From Nymphaea colorata (Eukaryota): DNA of 64,000 bases. A program made the position numbers and the translations under genes. This document shows, one piece after another, positions 26,913 through 41,549 of this stretch. A model generated the notes under the pieces. The model ran no database searches, was not told where the DNA came from, and saw only the letters and a program-made list of their open reading frames with translations. The stretch is taken from assembly GCF_008831285.2 (NCBI RefSeq), contig NC_045138.2, forward strand, positions 6,448,001 through 6,512,000, given 5' to 3'. How positions within the stretch are numbered: the first letter of the stretch is position 1; every line of letters starts with the position of its first letter.

Positions 26913-29900
26913 TTAGGAAAATTTTTGTATAAAGAAACCTTTGCAAATATTATTTGAAAATCTTTGGAAGATAATATGGGTATTTTGAAAATCGATTTTC
27001 AAAATCGATTTAGTGTTTTCTTAAGAACTGAAGTAACTTTAAGATTTTTCTCTAATTAGACTACTACCTAGCTAGAGCCCCATTTCATCTTGCTTAAGTT
27101 CTTTTAGAAGGATGGTTTTGATCATTTATGAATTTCACAAGTGAATGTGAATGCATGAATGCTTTGGTTTTATATGATTGCAAGAAAATTGTTCATTCAT
27201 TCTATATCATTCATCTAAGGATCTCTTTACCATCACACACATTGAGAATTATTTACATATTTGTCCTAAATATTCTCAGGAAAAGAACACAAATATTTGA
27301 AAGTAAAATGTGATTGTAAACTATCAAACATAATTTCAATATTGGGTCAATACTTGAGTTTTGGTCTTAGTCAAATTGATAAATGAAAATTAAAACCTTA
27401 AATCTTGGAAAAGAATATTCCAAAGAATGAAAAAGAGAAAAAAGAAATAAAAGATTTTAAGTCAAGAGGAATAGAGAAAAAGAGAAAGAGATTTTGAAAA
27501 GAAGGAAAGAAAAATTTTAAAGAGAGAGTGAGGGATGTATGTGTATGTGTATGTGTATAAAATTGTGTATATATACATATATAAAAATTTATAAAAGGAT
27601 GATCTTTAATCTAAGAGAAAGAGAGAAAGAAGAAGACTTTAGATAGAGAGGGATAGAGAAATATGTATATATATATATATACACACACACACATTAATGA
27701 AAGTTTGTAAAAGGAAGGTGTTAACTCGAAGAGAGGGAGAGAGAGAGAGAAAGAGAGAGGGAAAGTGGGACACACATATATATTTGTTTATATGTACATA
27801 TATATATGAGAAACTATAAAAGAATATGTTAAATCAAAGAGAGAGAAGGATAAAGAGATATATTCATGTACATGTTTATGACATGTATATATGTGTATAC
27901 ATATATGAAAACAAAAATCAAGAGATAACATGGAGCATTTCCGACTTTGATTTTTCTATATAGGCCAAAGAGGAACTTGGTTTCATGCAAGAGCTTCGGC
28001 TAATTATCAAATGCCTTGTTGAAGAGGGTTCTATTTTCCAAATTCTTTTGAAAACATGATTCCAAATATTTTCATATAAGTATAAAACAACAGTCATTTC
28101 ATCAACTACAAGGAAATTTATTTCTCCCACCATTAGAAACGTAGGAAAATCAAGCACACAAGAAATAAAAAGTTAATAACCTAAGAAAACACTCATAGGG
28201 ATTTAAATCAGGTGATTAAAAGGAAGGCTAAACGTAAGAATGTCGTGAAGATGCACTTTAACATATACACATTTGTTAAGGGTTTTCCTATGTTGGGAAA
28301 ATCCTAACATTAAAAATCAACATAATAACAAAGAAATCTCAATCCAAACACTCATTCTTTCCGTTCATTGACATATTAATTGAAAAAACAGTCAACTATG
28401 CATGAATGTCTGAAAGCAAAGCTCACATTCAAGCGAAGAGAGAAACATATTTCGATCCCAAAATGAAATTTTATTTCACCTTACTCATCCTCTTGGTGTA
28501 TTGAAGAATAGTTTTTGACTCCGAAGAGGAAATTTGAGAGTTATCTAATATGACCATGGGGAGATGAAGAAGGGAGAAAGAAAGAAAAAGAAAAGGATTG
28601 AGATATTAACTATATATTTCTAATGAGAATGATTTTAGAAAATGAGTCTCCTTCTTTGGATGATCCTAAAGCTTCCTCGAATGAAGCTCCATGGTATTGA
28701 AGATGTCTCTCCGAGAGGCCTCCTGTGCTCCCTTGAAGAGTGGAAGTTGATAGTTAGAGAAAAAGAAGAAGATAAGAGGAAAGAAATAGAGAGAGAGAGA
28801 GAGAGAGCTATGAGAACAACTCGTCTGCAAATGAAAAAGCACTAGAGGATCTCTAGGTATAGATAAAAAAAAATATCTTGATGTATTCTGGAACGTGGAT
28901 GTCAATTTTTAGTGTTATTATCGACATTGTATGTTGATTAACATTAAGTACTACCAATTGTACCTTCAAGAGTTCAGAGTGTTTGTATCTAGGTTTCCTA
29001 CCCATGCTTACACTTTATTTGAGACAATAAAGTAGGAAAAAGACCTCTCATATACATCATTGTTCAAAAGCTTTCAGGCCATAGATGTAGATATAAAATG
29101 GGAGATATAGTGCCAACACTAGGGCAACAAATGATTTAAATTTAAGAGTTATAGGTGAAAAAGCTCTTGTGTTAATGTATTCAACACCAAGAAAAACAAT
29201 TTTATGTTTTAATATTAATGCAATCATTGAACCCCGCCTAATGTAGCATTAACAATTGTATGTTCCAAAGTCATGAGAGCCTTTATATTCAAGTTTTTTC
29301 CTAAATTTAACTTGTGATTTACTTGAGAGAGTATATTTGGTGGAAAGACCCCTTATATCCACAATTGTCTAAAACTTTCTTTTGAAGTAGGAGATATGGT
29401 TTAAAAGCTACTCACAATTGATTCAAATTTAGGAGTCATATGTACAAGTAAAAAATGCTCGTCTCCTAATGTATTCAATAACAAAGATGAGAGTTTTAGA
29501 TTTAATATTAATGTTGTCACTGGATGCTGCCTAAATTTAATGCTAGCATTTATACTTTTCAAAGTGTGACTCTTAGTATTTAAATTTCTAATTTAAGCTT
29601 CTGTTTTATTTGGGAGAGTATAGTTGATGGAATTAAAGACCCCTCATGGCTTCATGACCTCATCCACTTTGCCTTGCATGCTTTCATGGCTTCATAGAAT
29701 GGTCAGGTCTTTCTATTTCATAACAAGGCAAAATTGAAATCTAGGCAGATCAAAAGAGATGACAAGAGCCACAAATTGGCTTTCCAAGAGCAAGCAGTTA
29801 TATGTGCTGGTCTTCATTGTGAACTAAATTCTCAAAGCTTGTCGGAGCTGGCACAATGGGCAGTAATGCTAAGTTAATTTGCTACTATGTTTCCCTGCTC

Positions 29901-31917
29901 ATCACCTTCTTGGTTTACCTTGCTTGTGTCTATACTTGCTTCCCTTTCTAGTTCATCAATCTCCCTTACACACTCGTATGAACTTGACTTGCTGCTTGTA
30001 CCAATACAACTCTTCTTTACTATTAGGGTGGTACATGAGCCGAGTCCAGCATGAGCTCGGTCAGCTCGACACTACTCAACACATACTTAATTTGCTTGGC
30101 TCAACCTTGAGCAATGAGTCAAGTTGTATAAGGTCAGCTTGAGCTGGACTTGAAAGACTGGATCCTAGCTAGATCTCGACTTTGTTAAGCTTGTTTTCCA
30201 ACATGACAACTGTCATTTGACTTGATCTCTTTCCTTAATATATGTTTAAGTTTAGAAGCTCGAGTTTACTGAGTGAGTTCAAGTCAAGTTCAAGTAGGCT
30301 CGACTCGTTATATAGCACGACTCAATGCCAATGATACATGTGGGAATATGGTGAAATCAACCAAATATCTGAATGATATTCAGCTCCTCAACAATGGAAA
30401 CAGAGTTACTGTGGTTGAGAATGTCTACTGGAGAATGTCACCCATCAATTCAATTAAGAGATTTCTTTAGATGGTAGTTCCTATCCCAATTCAACACCAA
30501 AGATAAGGAAAAATACTCATTTTCCTTAATTTACATAACCTTACATCTATTGAGTATTGTTTTGCAAATCATAAATCCTTTCTTGTAGCCATCTCCCAAG
30601 ACATGGAACCAATGCCATTTCGAAAACTATTTATCCTCGTTGGCACAAAGGCAGTAACAAAAGAAATCCCAGATTTTATGGCACCGATTATGTAACAAAT
30701 TATATTATGTGGAGGAACCAATATGCAAATAAAATAAATATTGTGGTTCTACATGGTCAAGCCACACCCAGCATTGCCTTTAAACTAAGTGAGAATAAGT
30801 TGGTGCACAGCACAATATTTGACACTTAACTTATGGATTTATAGAAGAAAGTAAGACTTAGTTGTTAAAAGTATATATACTCAACAGGAAGGCTATTCGG
30901 ATTATCTCACATTTGCATCAGTAGCCAAATTAATTAAATATTCTTAAATATTTTCTCTGTATTGAAGGAACTAAGAGTTGGTCACTTCAAATGGATATTC
31001 ACAATGTCTTTCTTCATAGGGTATCTTCAGTGGGGTAGAGATTGATATGCAAATTGAATAAACTGTTGTACTGAGTTAAATAAGGTCCATGAAATTGTTG
31101 GGTGAGCAAGAAGAATATTATATCATACCGCACCAAACAAGAGAAACGAAATCTACAATTTAGTTTCATTTAATACACAATTTAGTGATGCATAGAAGGT
31201 AATACTAAGAACAGAATAATTACCTAGTTAAGAAGTCTTCACTTCAAGTATTTATTCAACAATTTTCATGAAAAGAGTGATCCTTATTAATATTTCCCTA
31301 CTTAAGTTATAAGCAAAAAGTAACGCCAGAAAAACAGAAATTTTCTTGGAACAAATTTCATACATAATTAAAATAATAACCATATTTATTCAAGTATATG
31401 CGGTATAGATTCTTTGTCACTAAATAAGAAAGAGAGTTGATCATGATATAGATTCTCTGGTCCAATCCGATTCATTAGCATTTGTGTTCTACAACACCTC
31501 GTGAATATTAAAATCTCATATTCTCGAGTTGTTCTAGTCCAAATTGGTTATAAATATGTAATTCATATTGTTAATTCGATTAGAATCAACCTACAAATTC
31601 TGAAATATGAGATCTATACAAAGCTAAACAATATTAAATTAGACATTTTCTCAATGCTAGAAGGTAAATTAAGTATTTCAAGTGTAGATTTTAAATCGAA
31701 TCTAAAATAGATTCTGTCATGAACTATGAATTTTGCGGGGATGTTGTCATAGCCTACTGTTTACTTCACGAGGCTTGTTTTATGCCTTGAACAACTTTTG
31801 TAGGGACGGCTTTCACCCCAGGTAACTTTTGCCCAGATTTTCAAGCTGACCCCTAAACGTGTGACTAAAATCAATAAAAACTGTTCACTTCCATTTTAAA
31901 AAGAGGAGTGACCATGT

Positions 31918-33035
31918 AGGAAAAGAATAACCTTCATAGAATCAAACAACAAGTCAATAAATGTCGTTTTCTGTGAATAATTAGGAAAACTTATTTTACA
32001 TCAAAAAGTAAAAATAAAAATGTTGTATTTTTTTTGTCAAACGAATGTTATAATTAATCATGTTCAAATTTGCTAAAAACAACATAAAGTTCAAAGATCA
32101 AAATTCCGAGCATTGGAAATGTGCCAAATCTGGGTCACGAGCTCTTTCAGACCACCATACATATACAATCATAATCAGATCTAGATCTGGTATGGAAAAT
32201 ATGTGAGGATTCAGATCTAATACCTCTTTATCACAAACCCGTGACCCATTTGCCTGGTCAATTGTCACCCTCATAAAGTCTCAAAAGTAGGGATATAAAC
32301 GGGATAGACCCATTCAAATTTAAATTCAAATACGGTTTACAGTTTGAACACTAAACATAAATTCAAATAAAGTACCCACCAGTATCTGATAAAGATCCTA
32401 TCTATATAATGAAGCTGGATCTCACATAAGTCGGATCCGAATTCGGTTTTCCAAAAAATCAGCTCTGGATTCAAATATTCAAATAAGAAAAGAATAACCT
32501 TCATTGAATCAAACAACAAGACAATAAATGTTGTTTTCTGTGAATAATTTGGAAAACTTATTTTACATCAAAAAGTAAAAATAAAATTGTTCTATTTTTT
32601 TATCAAACGAAGCTTATATAATTAATCATGTTTAAATATGATAAAAACAACTTCAAGTTCAAAGATCAAAAAGTAGTTGCACTTTAGATTTAGTTATCTA
32701 ATTTTATCTCCTGAAGGTGACATATGACATTAGCAAGGACACAAGTCTGAGCATTGTAAATGTGCCAAATCTGGGTCACGAGCTATTTGAGACCACCATA
32801 CATATACAATCATAATCAGATCTAGATCTGGTATGGAAGTAAACGGGTCAGACCCAATCAAATTTAAATTCAAATACGGTTTGCAGTTTAAACACTAAAC
32901 ATAAATTCGAATAAAGTACCCACCACCACCAGTATCTGATAAAGATCATATCTATATAATGAATCTGGATCTCACACTAGTCGGATCCGAATTCAGTTTT
33001 CCAAAAAATCAGCTCTGGATTCAAATATTCAAATA
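31918..33035 (+). repeat. Local ~560-bp tandem duplication present only in copy B
   Basis: gaaaagaataaccttcat(a/t)gaatcaaacaacaag occurs at ~31920 and ~32487; single in copy A (15080-15725). Confidence 0.85.
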
Positions 33036-33461
33036 TGATTAGTTCAATTGGTTAAAGATTAAACCCAACCCGAAACCAAAATTACATCGTGACCTAAAAG
33101 TCAAGACACAAGACAACTGGTGCAGAAATTTTTTATTTTAATTTATTTCCCTTGGTTTAATTAGATGTAACATAGTCTTTTTAAGTATATCTTGACATTT
33201 TTTATTCACATTTTTTTCGTAAAATTATCTGCAAATTTTCAAATATTGGTCAGTCTTTTGTAACAGATCAAAGTTGAGAAGTTAGTTGTAAAGGTCTCAC
33301 ACACAAATGAATGAATTAGATCAATAATAAACAATTGAATGGATCACTTGATTTACTACCCAAAGATCTAAGCATCATGTCCTTAAACTTCTGAGCAAAT
33401 AGTGCTACATGTAATTAGGTTATGGGGTGCTATTATAGGCTACTTAATTTTCAAAAAAGCA

Positions 33462-34252
33462 TCCCATGGAGTGATGGAATGTCTCATTGTTGAAGCTAAT
33501 AGCTAGGATTGGTCCATGTGTAATGCTTTACAAATAGGTTAAAAAGTTTTCGAAAGGGTTTTGGATTGTCAAATGATCAAGCCAATGTTGACCTTGGGCA
33601 TTTCGTTTTAACTTGCTCTGGTCTTTCCTGTTACATTAACAAGCAGGCACTGCTGGTAAAGCTATGTTATCCTCATGAACACAAGAGCTCAAATCATTCA
33701 GCCATCTTGAGTTCCATCCAACCACGGTTACCCAATGCATCCCATCTGATGTAAGTCGGAGGATTGCTCCATCTAAACCCGGATGAAGAAATCCACATGT
33801 CCCTCATGTGCATGCCATTGCTTAAAGATTACCACTGTGTTGTATACATAGTATGCACTTGTTATCTTCCTACCTATAAACTTCATCATGAAAGTTCAAC
33901 AATCACAAAATTCGAGAGAAAGTTCTAAAAACTTTGCAGCATCAACTGAATAAAATTTTCTGATATATATTTTTCCATTGATGCTGCTATATTTTTTGAA
34001 GTAAGAAGACATAACTTTAATCTCTAAGCAGTGTCATGTTCATGAGGATAGCATAACTTTATCAGCTGCAATTCCTACCTGTTAATGTGAGAAGAAAGAC
34101 CAGAAAGTATGCTCAGTTAAAACAAAATGACCCACAACATTAGCATGCTCTTCCAAAACCTTTTTGAAAACTTTTTAACCTATTTGTAAAGCATTGTAAA
34201 TGTGCCAATCGTATTAAATTCGATATTAACACATTCCATCTACTTCATGGGA
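33462..34252. mobile_element. Copy B of the 16153-16934 foldback element
   Basis: Collinear with 16153-16934, same inverted arms. Confidence 0.75.
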
Positions 34253-35978
34253 GACAGAAACTATGTCCTCTACTTTCCATTCAATTTCATTATTCTCTTT
34301 CTCTCTCTCTCTCTTTCATACACACACACACACACATCTTCTCTCACTCTCTCTCTCTCTCTCTCATATATATATGTTTATAAAGTTGAGAGATAGAGAT
34401 GTATAAGGAATAAGAAAAGAAATAGAAAAGGTGGCCATTAAAGAGACAAAAGATCTTAGGGTGGTCATTTGCACCATGCATAACATGAGTTCCTATGACA
34501 CCATTGCTCATTGTCTCCTTAAGCAAGGAGAGAGAAGAAGGAGAAGCTGAGAAAGGAATTAAAGAAGAAATACGAATGAAAAAAGAACAAGAAATATATA
34601 TATATATGAAACAGAAAAATAGAAGAAAGAGAACAGAAAGCAGAGGACGTTCCCTTCTCTCTCAACTGTGGCCAGCAAAGGGTTTTCTTATCACACAAAT
34701 GCACAGGCACACAAAGAGGAGGAGGGCCAAAGCACCGGGGGAGAGAATAGCAGAACTGCTGGGGAGTCATTCTCTCTCCTTGCTGTTGCAGTTGATGGTC
34801 TGGTGCTACTTTTCTCCAGTTATCAACTCCACCTCCTCATTTCTATCTCACTGTGTGCATCTCTCATTAGGGAAAAATGGAGTTATTGGGAAGTTTCATT
34901 CAAAGAACACATTGTTTTTCTTCGATGAAGTTGCAATAAGCCTTGATTTCGATATGGTTTTTGAGATGGTTGGTCCTTCAAGAAAATCTGCTATTAATTA
35001 GAACAAAGTGTTTTGAACTTGGCGTCCAGTTTTCCTTTACGGAAATTATTATAACGTCCTATCCCTGGGGATTGAGACTAGAAGGCAGCTAGTTTCCATT
35101 TGGAACTCATGGCACATCAGCTTCTTGTGCTGTAAAAGGAGAGACACTGATATACAAGTTGAAGCACATTAGGGCTTTGCAGTAAAATCAGGTCTGGTAC
35201 ACTGGAAAGATGATGCTTTCAGCTATATTGTTGGGTGGCAGGATAAAAACCTCCTCCAACTCTTTGAACAAAGGCAGTTGCTCTCTTTCCATTGGTTGAA
35301 CGTATACTATGTGCACCACATCATTTTCAGTTTCCTTAAACATAACCTTAATAAGTGATGCAAACTCCTCTGTTGACCATCACCATGCCTTCTTAATTAA
35401 TAGGTTCACCACTTTGTGTAACATGCAAAACAGAAGGCCTTATGCATAACACAAATCATGGAGCAAACTTTATGAAAGGAGGTATCAGGATTGCAGAAAA
35501 TTTTAAATGGGATGCGTATAACCTTACAGGTTTCGTTTAGTGTAGAGCATGGTGAATTTGCATGAATGTTGTCTGATTGGCAGACATTCACAAGCTTGTG
35601 ATTCATAAAACGTGAGATCACCCTCAGCAAGCTGAGAAGGATACTATGATTTGTCCTCCAACAATCAAATTTAAAGAAAACAAATATGTATAAGCAGGAA
35701 AGGCACTGAAAATTAACATTTTAGGCAACATTACATGTATAAGTACAAAAGCTTATGCCTCGAACATAGTGATGACAAAGATGGCACATGTAGATTCTAA
35801 TATTGTTATTGACATTGGATGTTGCCTAACATTTAGCAATACCAACTGTACATTCCAAAGTTCGATTATTCATATCTAAGTTTTACAAACTTATGCTTTT
35901 GCTTTATGAGAGAATACCTCATATCTACTGTTGTTTTAGAACTTGGATGCCATAATCTTATGAAATGGAAAATATAGG

Positions 35979-37283
35979 AACTGCCTTAGACATAGTAATT
36001 GTTTACGATGTCAAAGTAATTCTCATTAAAAAGAAACTCAAAAGCAATTCGAAAACACTCTGGTCTGGTTAGAAAGAGATGTTTGAGGACAAAACATCTG
36101 TGAAATAGGTAGAAAAAAGCTTAGTGTCAGTTCGTCGAAGAAAAGCAATACGCGTTCTTTGAATGAAACTCTCAAATAACCTTGGTTTATCTTAATGAGA
36201 GAGAAAGAGAGAGGGAGAGAGAGAGAAGACGGTGGAGGTGGGTACCTGAAGCGGAGGAGCATCAGATCATCAACGGCCATGGAGAGGAGAGAGAACGGCT
36301 CCTTCCCAGTCACATTGTTCTCTCCTTCGGTATTTGGGCCCTCCTCCTCTTTGTGTGCATGCGTTTGTCTTTTTGATAAGTGCCGGCAACAGTTGGGAGA
36401 GAGAAAGGCATGTCCTCTGCTTTCCGTTCTTTTTCTTCTTTCTTCATACATATTTTTTCCATTCTCCTTCCTTCGTACTTTTTCTCGTATTCCTTTCTCC
36501 CTCTCTCTTTCTTCGTTCTCGTTGTTCAACGGATAGTGAGCAGTGGTGTCATAGAAAACACCTCATATTAAGCATGGTGCAAGGACCACCTTAAAATCTT
36601 TTTTCTCTTTTTGAGCTTCCCTTTTTCTCTATTTCTTTTCTGCTATTTCAGTATTCTCTTTCCCTCTCTGTTTCTCTTTCTCCCTTATATATATATAAGG
36701 AATGTGTGTGATAGAGAGAGGTTCAAGGAATAAGAAAAGAAATAGAAAAGATTCCACAGAAAGAGAGGAAAGGTCTTAGGGTGGTCATATGGACCATGCA
36801 TAACGTGAGATCCCTATGACGCCCTTGCTCATTATCTCCTTAAACAAGAAGAGAGAAGAGAAAGAGGGTGAGAATGGAATTAGAGAAGAAATACGAAGGA
36901 AAGAGAGCAGAAAAAATGCATGAAAAAAGAGAAACAGAAGAAAGAGAACAGAAAGCAGAGGGCATGCCCTTTTCTTTCAACTGCTGCCAGCAAAGGTTGC
37001 CCGTATCACACACATGCACATGCACAAAGAGGATCAGGGCCACAGCAACAAGGGAGATAATAGTTCCAATGCTGAGGAGTCACCCTCTCTTCTTGCTGTG
37101 GCTGTTGACGAACTGGTGCTCCTCTTCTTGCAATATGCCTGGTTTTTTATCCGTTTTTGAGATGTTTGGTCCTTCAATCTCTTTGAAAATCTACTATTAA
37201 TTAGAACAAAGTGTTTTGAATTTGAATACGAGTTTTATTTTATAGAAATTCTTGTTGAGTCATATCCTTGGGGGTGGGGAGCT
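35979..37283. repeat. Copy B of the (TA)n-centred long inverted repeat
   Basis: Collinear with 18884-20358; shorter (TA)n and a deletion in the right arm near 37127. Confidence 0.85.
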
Positions 37284-37677
37284 AGTTTATATTTGGAACT
37301 CATCAGGCATGAGCTTCTTGTTATGCAAAAAGAGAGACACTGATGTACAAGTTGAAGCATAGTGAGACTGTTCACTAAAATCAGGTCTGGTACCATGGGA
37401 AGATCATGCCTTCAACTATCTTGTTTGCTGGTAGGATAAAATACTCCTCCTACTCACTGAACATAGACTGTGATGTCTTATTATGCCTGAGGCAGTTTCT
37501 CTCTTTCCATTGGTTGATCCCATACCATGTGCACCACATCATTTTCAGCTTCCTGAAACATAAACTTAATATAGTAAATGTGTCTTTTAAATAAATTCAT
37601 GTAAGTGATACATAAAAAGTCATGCTGTAAACAGGATATGTACTCAGATCTAATAGCAAGAAAGTACGTAAACAAAA

Positions 37678-37681
<4 letters not shown>

Positions 37682-37728
<47 letters not shown>
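37682..37728. repeat. (TA)n microsatellite
   Basis: Uninterrupted TA run. Confidence 0.95.
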
Positions 37729-37733
<5 letters not shown>

Positions 37734-38499
37734 CAAAAACCATGAACCATATATCAAATAAAATAAAATTATTTAAGAAAACAAGTGAAAAAGTAACTTC
37801 ATCATCTGGCACACATTCACAAGCCTGTGATTCATAGAACTTGAGATCACCCTCAACTAGCTCAATAGGATACTAGAATTTGTCCTCCAAGAATCGAATT
37901 TAAAGAAAAAAAATACCTATATGCCGGAAAGGCACCGAAAATTAACGTTTTAGGCAAAAAACTCATGCCTCGATGTAGGGATAACAAAGATGGCACTTTT
38001 AGATTCTAATTTTATTATTGACATTGGATGTTGCCTAATATTAGCACTACCAACAGTACATTCCAAAGTTCGATTATTCATTTCTATATTTTCCATACTT
38101 ATGCTTTTGCTTTATTTGAGTGAATAGAGTTGGTGGGAAGACCTCATATCCGCCGTTGTCTGAAAAGTTGGATGTCATAATCTTATAAAATGGAAAATAT
38201 AGTGATACGACTAGAGTAGCAAACGGTTCAAGTTTGGAAAACCCTGGCATTGAAGTATTGAATAATAAGGACAGAAGTTTTAAGTTCATTATTAATATTG
38301 GTCTCAAATACTGCTGGTCCCACCTTTTATTTAGCAAAACTAGCTATACAATAGAAGCAGTTACTCATACTTTACCTGAAGATGGTTAAACATAGCTACA
38401 ATATCAAAAGAGGTGTCAATATGGAGCATAACAAACATGTGACTGAACCTATTAACATGGGCCAGATTCCTGGGGGGAGGCGTATTTCCCTCCAAGCCC

Positions 38500-41400
38500 C
38501 TTCTCAAATGACAAAGTAAATCTTCATTATTGGAGACAAGGAAGATATTGGCTCTAATAGACTCATGGAACTAAACAGCAATTTTTCAAGTTAGTTCATT
38601 GGATGTAGACACAAAAGAAACTCTTTTGGTCCCTAGCCGGACATCACCCAACCCACTGCCAATACCAAAACCACCTATAATACGGCTTTGGCTTCTACCT
38701 AAGAGATTTGGATGCAATGATCCTTCTCTAGGATACAAGGCCATTTAAGAAAACATTCCAAAGCTCTACAGTTATTGGATTCCCAGATGAACGATGCAGA
38801 AAAGTGCTCCACATAAGCCTGCCACACCTTTGCTGTGAGCGTCTTTGGGTTGCACACTAACCCCATAGATCCTTTCACTTCAATTAACTCAAAGCTTCCA
38901 TGTAGCAACATAAAAGCACATCCACTAGCAACTCATAAGCTAAGTCCTCTTAAAACTTGTGGAACACCACCATTTATGTTTCAACTCAAAGGACTTGTGA
39001 CGAATCCATTTCTTACCAAACTTCTTGACAATAGTCTTCCACACTCTAACCTCCACTAGATAGAGAAAAAGGAGATGGCTTGCACTCTCATTCTTACAAC
39101 CTTTATTCTAGAGGCTATCATGACCTTCAACCTTTCATGCAACCAGAATGTAAAAACAACCTTTGATCCATTTACACCAACTCTCCACCATATATTTTTT
39201 CCTCATGAGATCCCAAATGTCCCTACCTTTTCCTATTGTACAACTATGCCATGATGACGTAGTTTGTTAGGAATGCCTCTATAGGGATAGTTTTCCCTAT
39301 CCCCTCCAAAAGACTCCGAACTGAGTTTTGGCATATAAGGTCAAAATGCATCTTTTGATTAACTGAGAAATGAGAGTTGGAACGCAAAATGCTATATTTT
39401 TCAATTAGAATACAATTGCTAAGGGCACAAGTTAGCCATTTATGATTCCAAAACTTTATTGAGCCTTCTTCAATCCTCCATTTAATGTTATTTGCAATTC
39501 CTTTCCAGCTATTGGAGAGGCCTTTAAAAAGCCAGACCAAAAGGAGATTTTGAATATCTCATGAGACCAGAAAGTGTCATTTCAGAGGTAATTCTTATGA
39601 ACAAATTTGGCCTGGGCTTAACTTGAAGCAAACCCGCAAAGAAAGAAGAGCAATTTGACTTTGACTAATTTGACAAACATCATTAATATCTGCCCTACCT
39701 TCCTTAATCAAATGACTGATCACATTCCAAGAAATGGGATGTTTGAATCCAGTCTGAGAAGATGAGTCCCAAAGGAAGGAAGATATGAGAGATTGGATCT
39801 TTTTAATGACTCTCACAAGAAGATGGATTACCACTGTCCAATATTGAATAATTTAAATTATTACATGATTTATCAGGCACAACCTGCCAGAAAACAAGAT
39901 GGGCCTTCACTTCCAACTGGCAGGCTGCTTGTTGACTTTGAGAATTATGTACTCACTCCATTCCTCTCTCAACCGGTCAAGGAATAGTGAGACTCCAAGG
40001 TAACAAATGGAGAAACTCCCGACCAACCAACCAAGCACAGAGCTAATCCGAAGGACCATCAACTCCTCCACATGAAATGGAATGAAGACATACTTACTGG
40101 AGTTAATCCTAAGCCCCACGCAATTGGACAAATTCTCCAACATAAATTCAACCATCTTCAAGGAATTAACCTTTGCCTGAGAAAAGCAGCACATCACACA
40201 TGAAGGAGAGGATCACTGGATAATTACCCTCACGGGGGATGGATATGTGAATAAAACTCTTATCTCTAGCGTATTTATTGACAAGCCTAAAGAAGGCCTC
40301 TATGACAATGATAAAAAGATAAGGGGAAATTGGTCACCCTGCCTCATATACCGTTTAAGGTTAAAAAACTTACCTGGGCTTCCATTCACCAAAACTGCTG
40401 CCGAAGCAATAGAGATATAGGTGAAAACTCTATTTCCACATTCTTAATTAAACTCTACATGTAATAGGGTAGATCTAAGGAACGACCAATTCACCCTGTC
40501 ATAAGACTTTGAGAGATCAAGTTTGAGACAAACCATTTGTTTCTTACCACTCTTCATGCTATGAATGATATCATGTGCAAGGCTGATGTTGTCATGTATG
40601 ACTTTGTTGGTGACAAAAAAAATACTTGGTCATTTAATAGAATCCTCTTGAGAACATTCTTCATTTTGTCGACCATAATTTTTATGATCAATTTATAGAT
40701 ACTGATGAATAAGGAAATGGGTTGGAACTTTTGAAGAGTTCTTACACCTTCCTTATTAGGAATAAGGGTGATTTGTGTGCGATTGACCTTTTGAACAAGC
40801 CTCCTTATGTAAAAGAACAACTGGACCAATTTACTCACATCTGTGCCTATAATATGCTAATTGGCCTGATAAAAAGAGGCAGGAAAGACATCCAGTCAGG
40901 GGTGGTATCCCAAAAAGATCGAAAGACTGTACTCTTGATCTCCTCCAACGTTATGAGGTGGTTCAGCTCCTCATTTTCACTGCAAGAGACACATGGACAT
41001 CCACTGTTAGAAAGAGCATGTTCCCATCACCTTCTTTGATTACAAGGAGCTGTTGGAAGTACTCTCAGTAAGATGCTAGAATGGCATGTTGATCCCTAAC
41101 CATGGAGCCTTCCACCTCCAGCTCAGTGATGGAACTTCTTTTTCTCCTACTTCTGGTAATCGTCTGGAAATGAGCTGTATTATGATCACCCTCCAACATC
41201 CATCTCACCCTAGCCGGTCTCCAACTGCTCTTTTCCTCATCGAGACACTTCCTTATTCATTCTCAGAATCCTCTCTTCTTCTGCATCCACCTATCCTCCT
41301 AGATCATGAATCATTTGTCACGTATTTAATTAGAACTTTATGGATTTGATCATGAGTTCAACTGGTTCAAGCTGACCCTTCCTTCAATGAGCTAGAGGCA

Positions 41401-41549
41401 TGTGGGTCACTTTAAGGTTTCCCAAAAACTTGAGCATGGGGCATCCAAAAATATTCACCCCCATGCCTGACCGATCACATGCTGGCATTCCTGCCTCCGC
41501 TGCAAACATCTAAAGTAATGAAATATCTGAGGCTTAAGAATGTATCTCT
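38500..41549 (-). mobile_element. Degenerate L1-like LINE, copy C (longest; RT, zf-RVT, probable RNase H)
   Basis: Homologous to 3620-6069 with the same RT motifs (NRTQITLIPNK, FQPISL), plus extra 3' sequence at ~38500-39125. The 3' boundary is approximate. Confidence 0.85.

Larger units (their letters stand above)
21830..37570 (+). repeat. Segmental tandem duplication, copy B
   Basis: Collinear with copy A. Lacks the segment matching A ~4770-10200, carries an extra local duplication at 31918-33035, and departs from A at ~37570. Confidence 0.95.
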
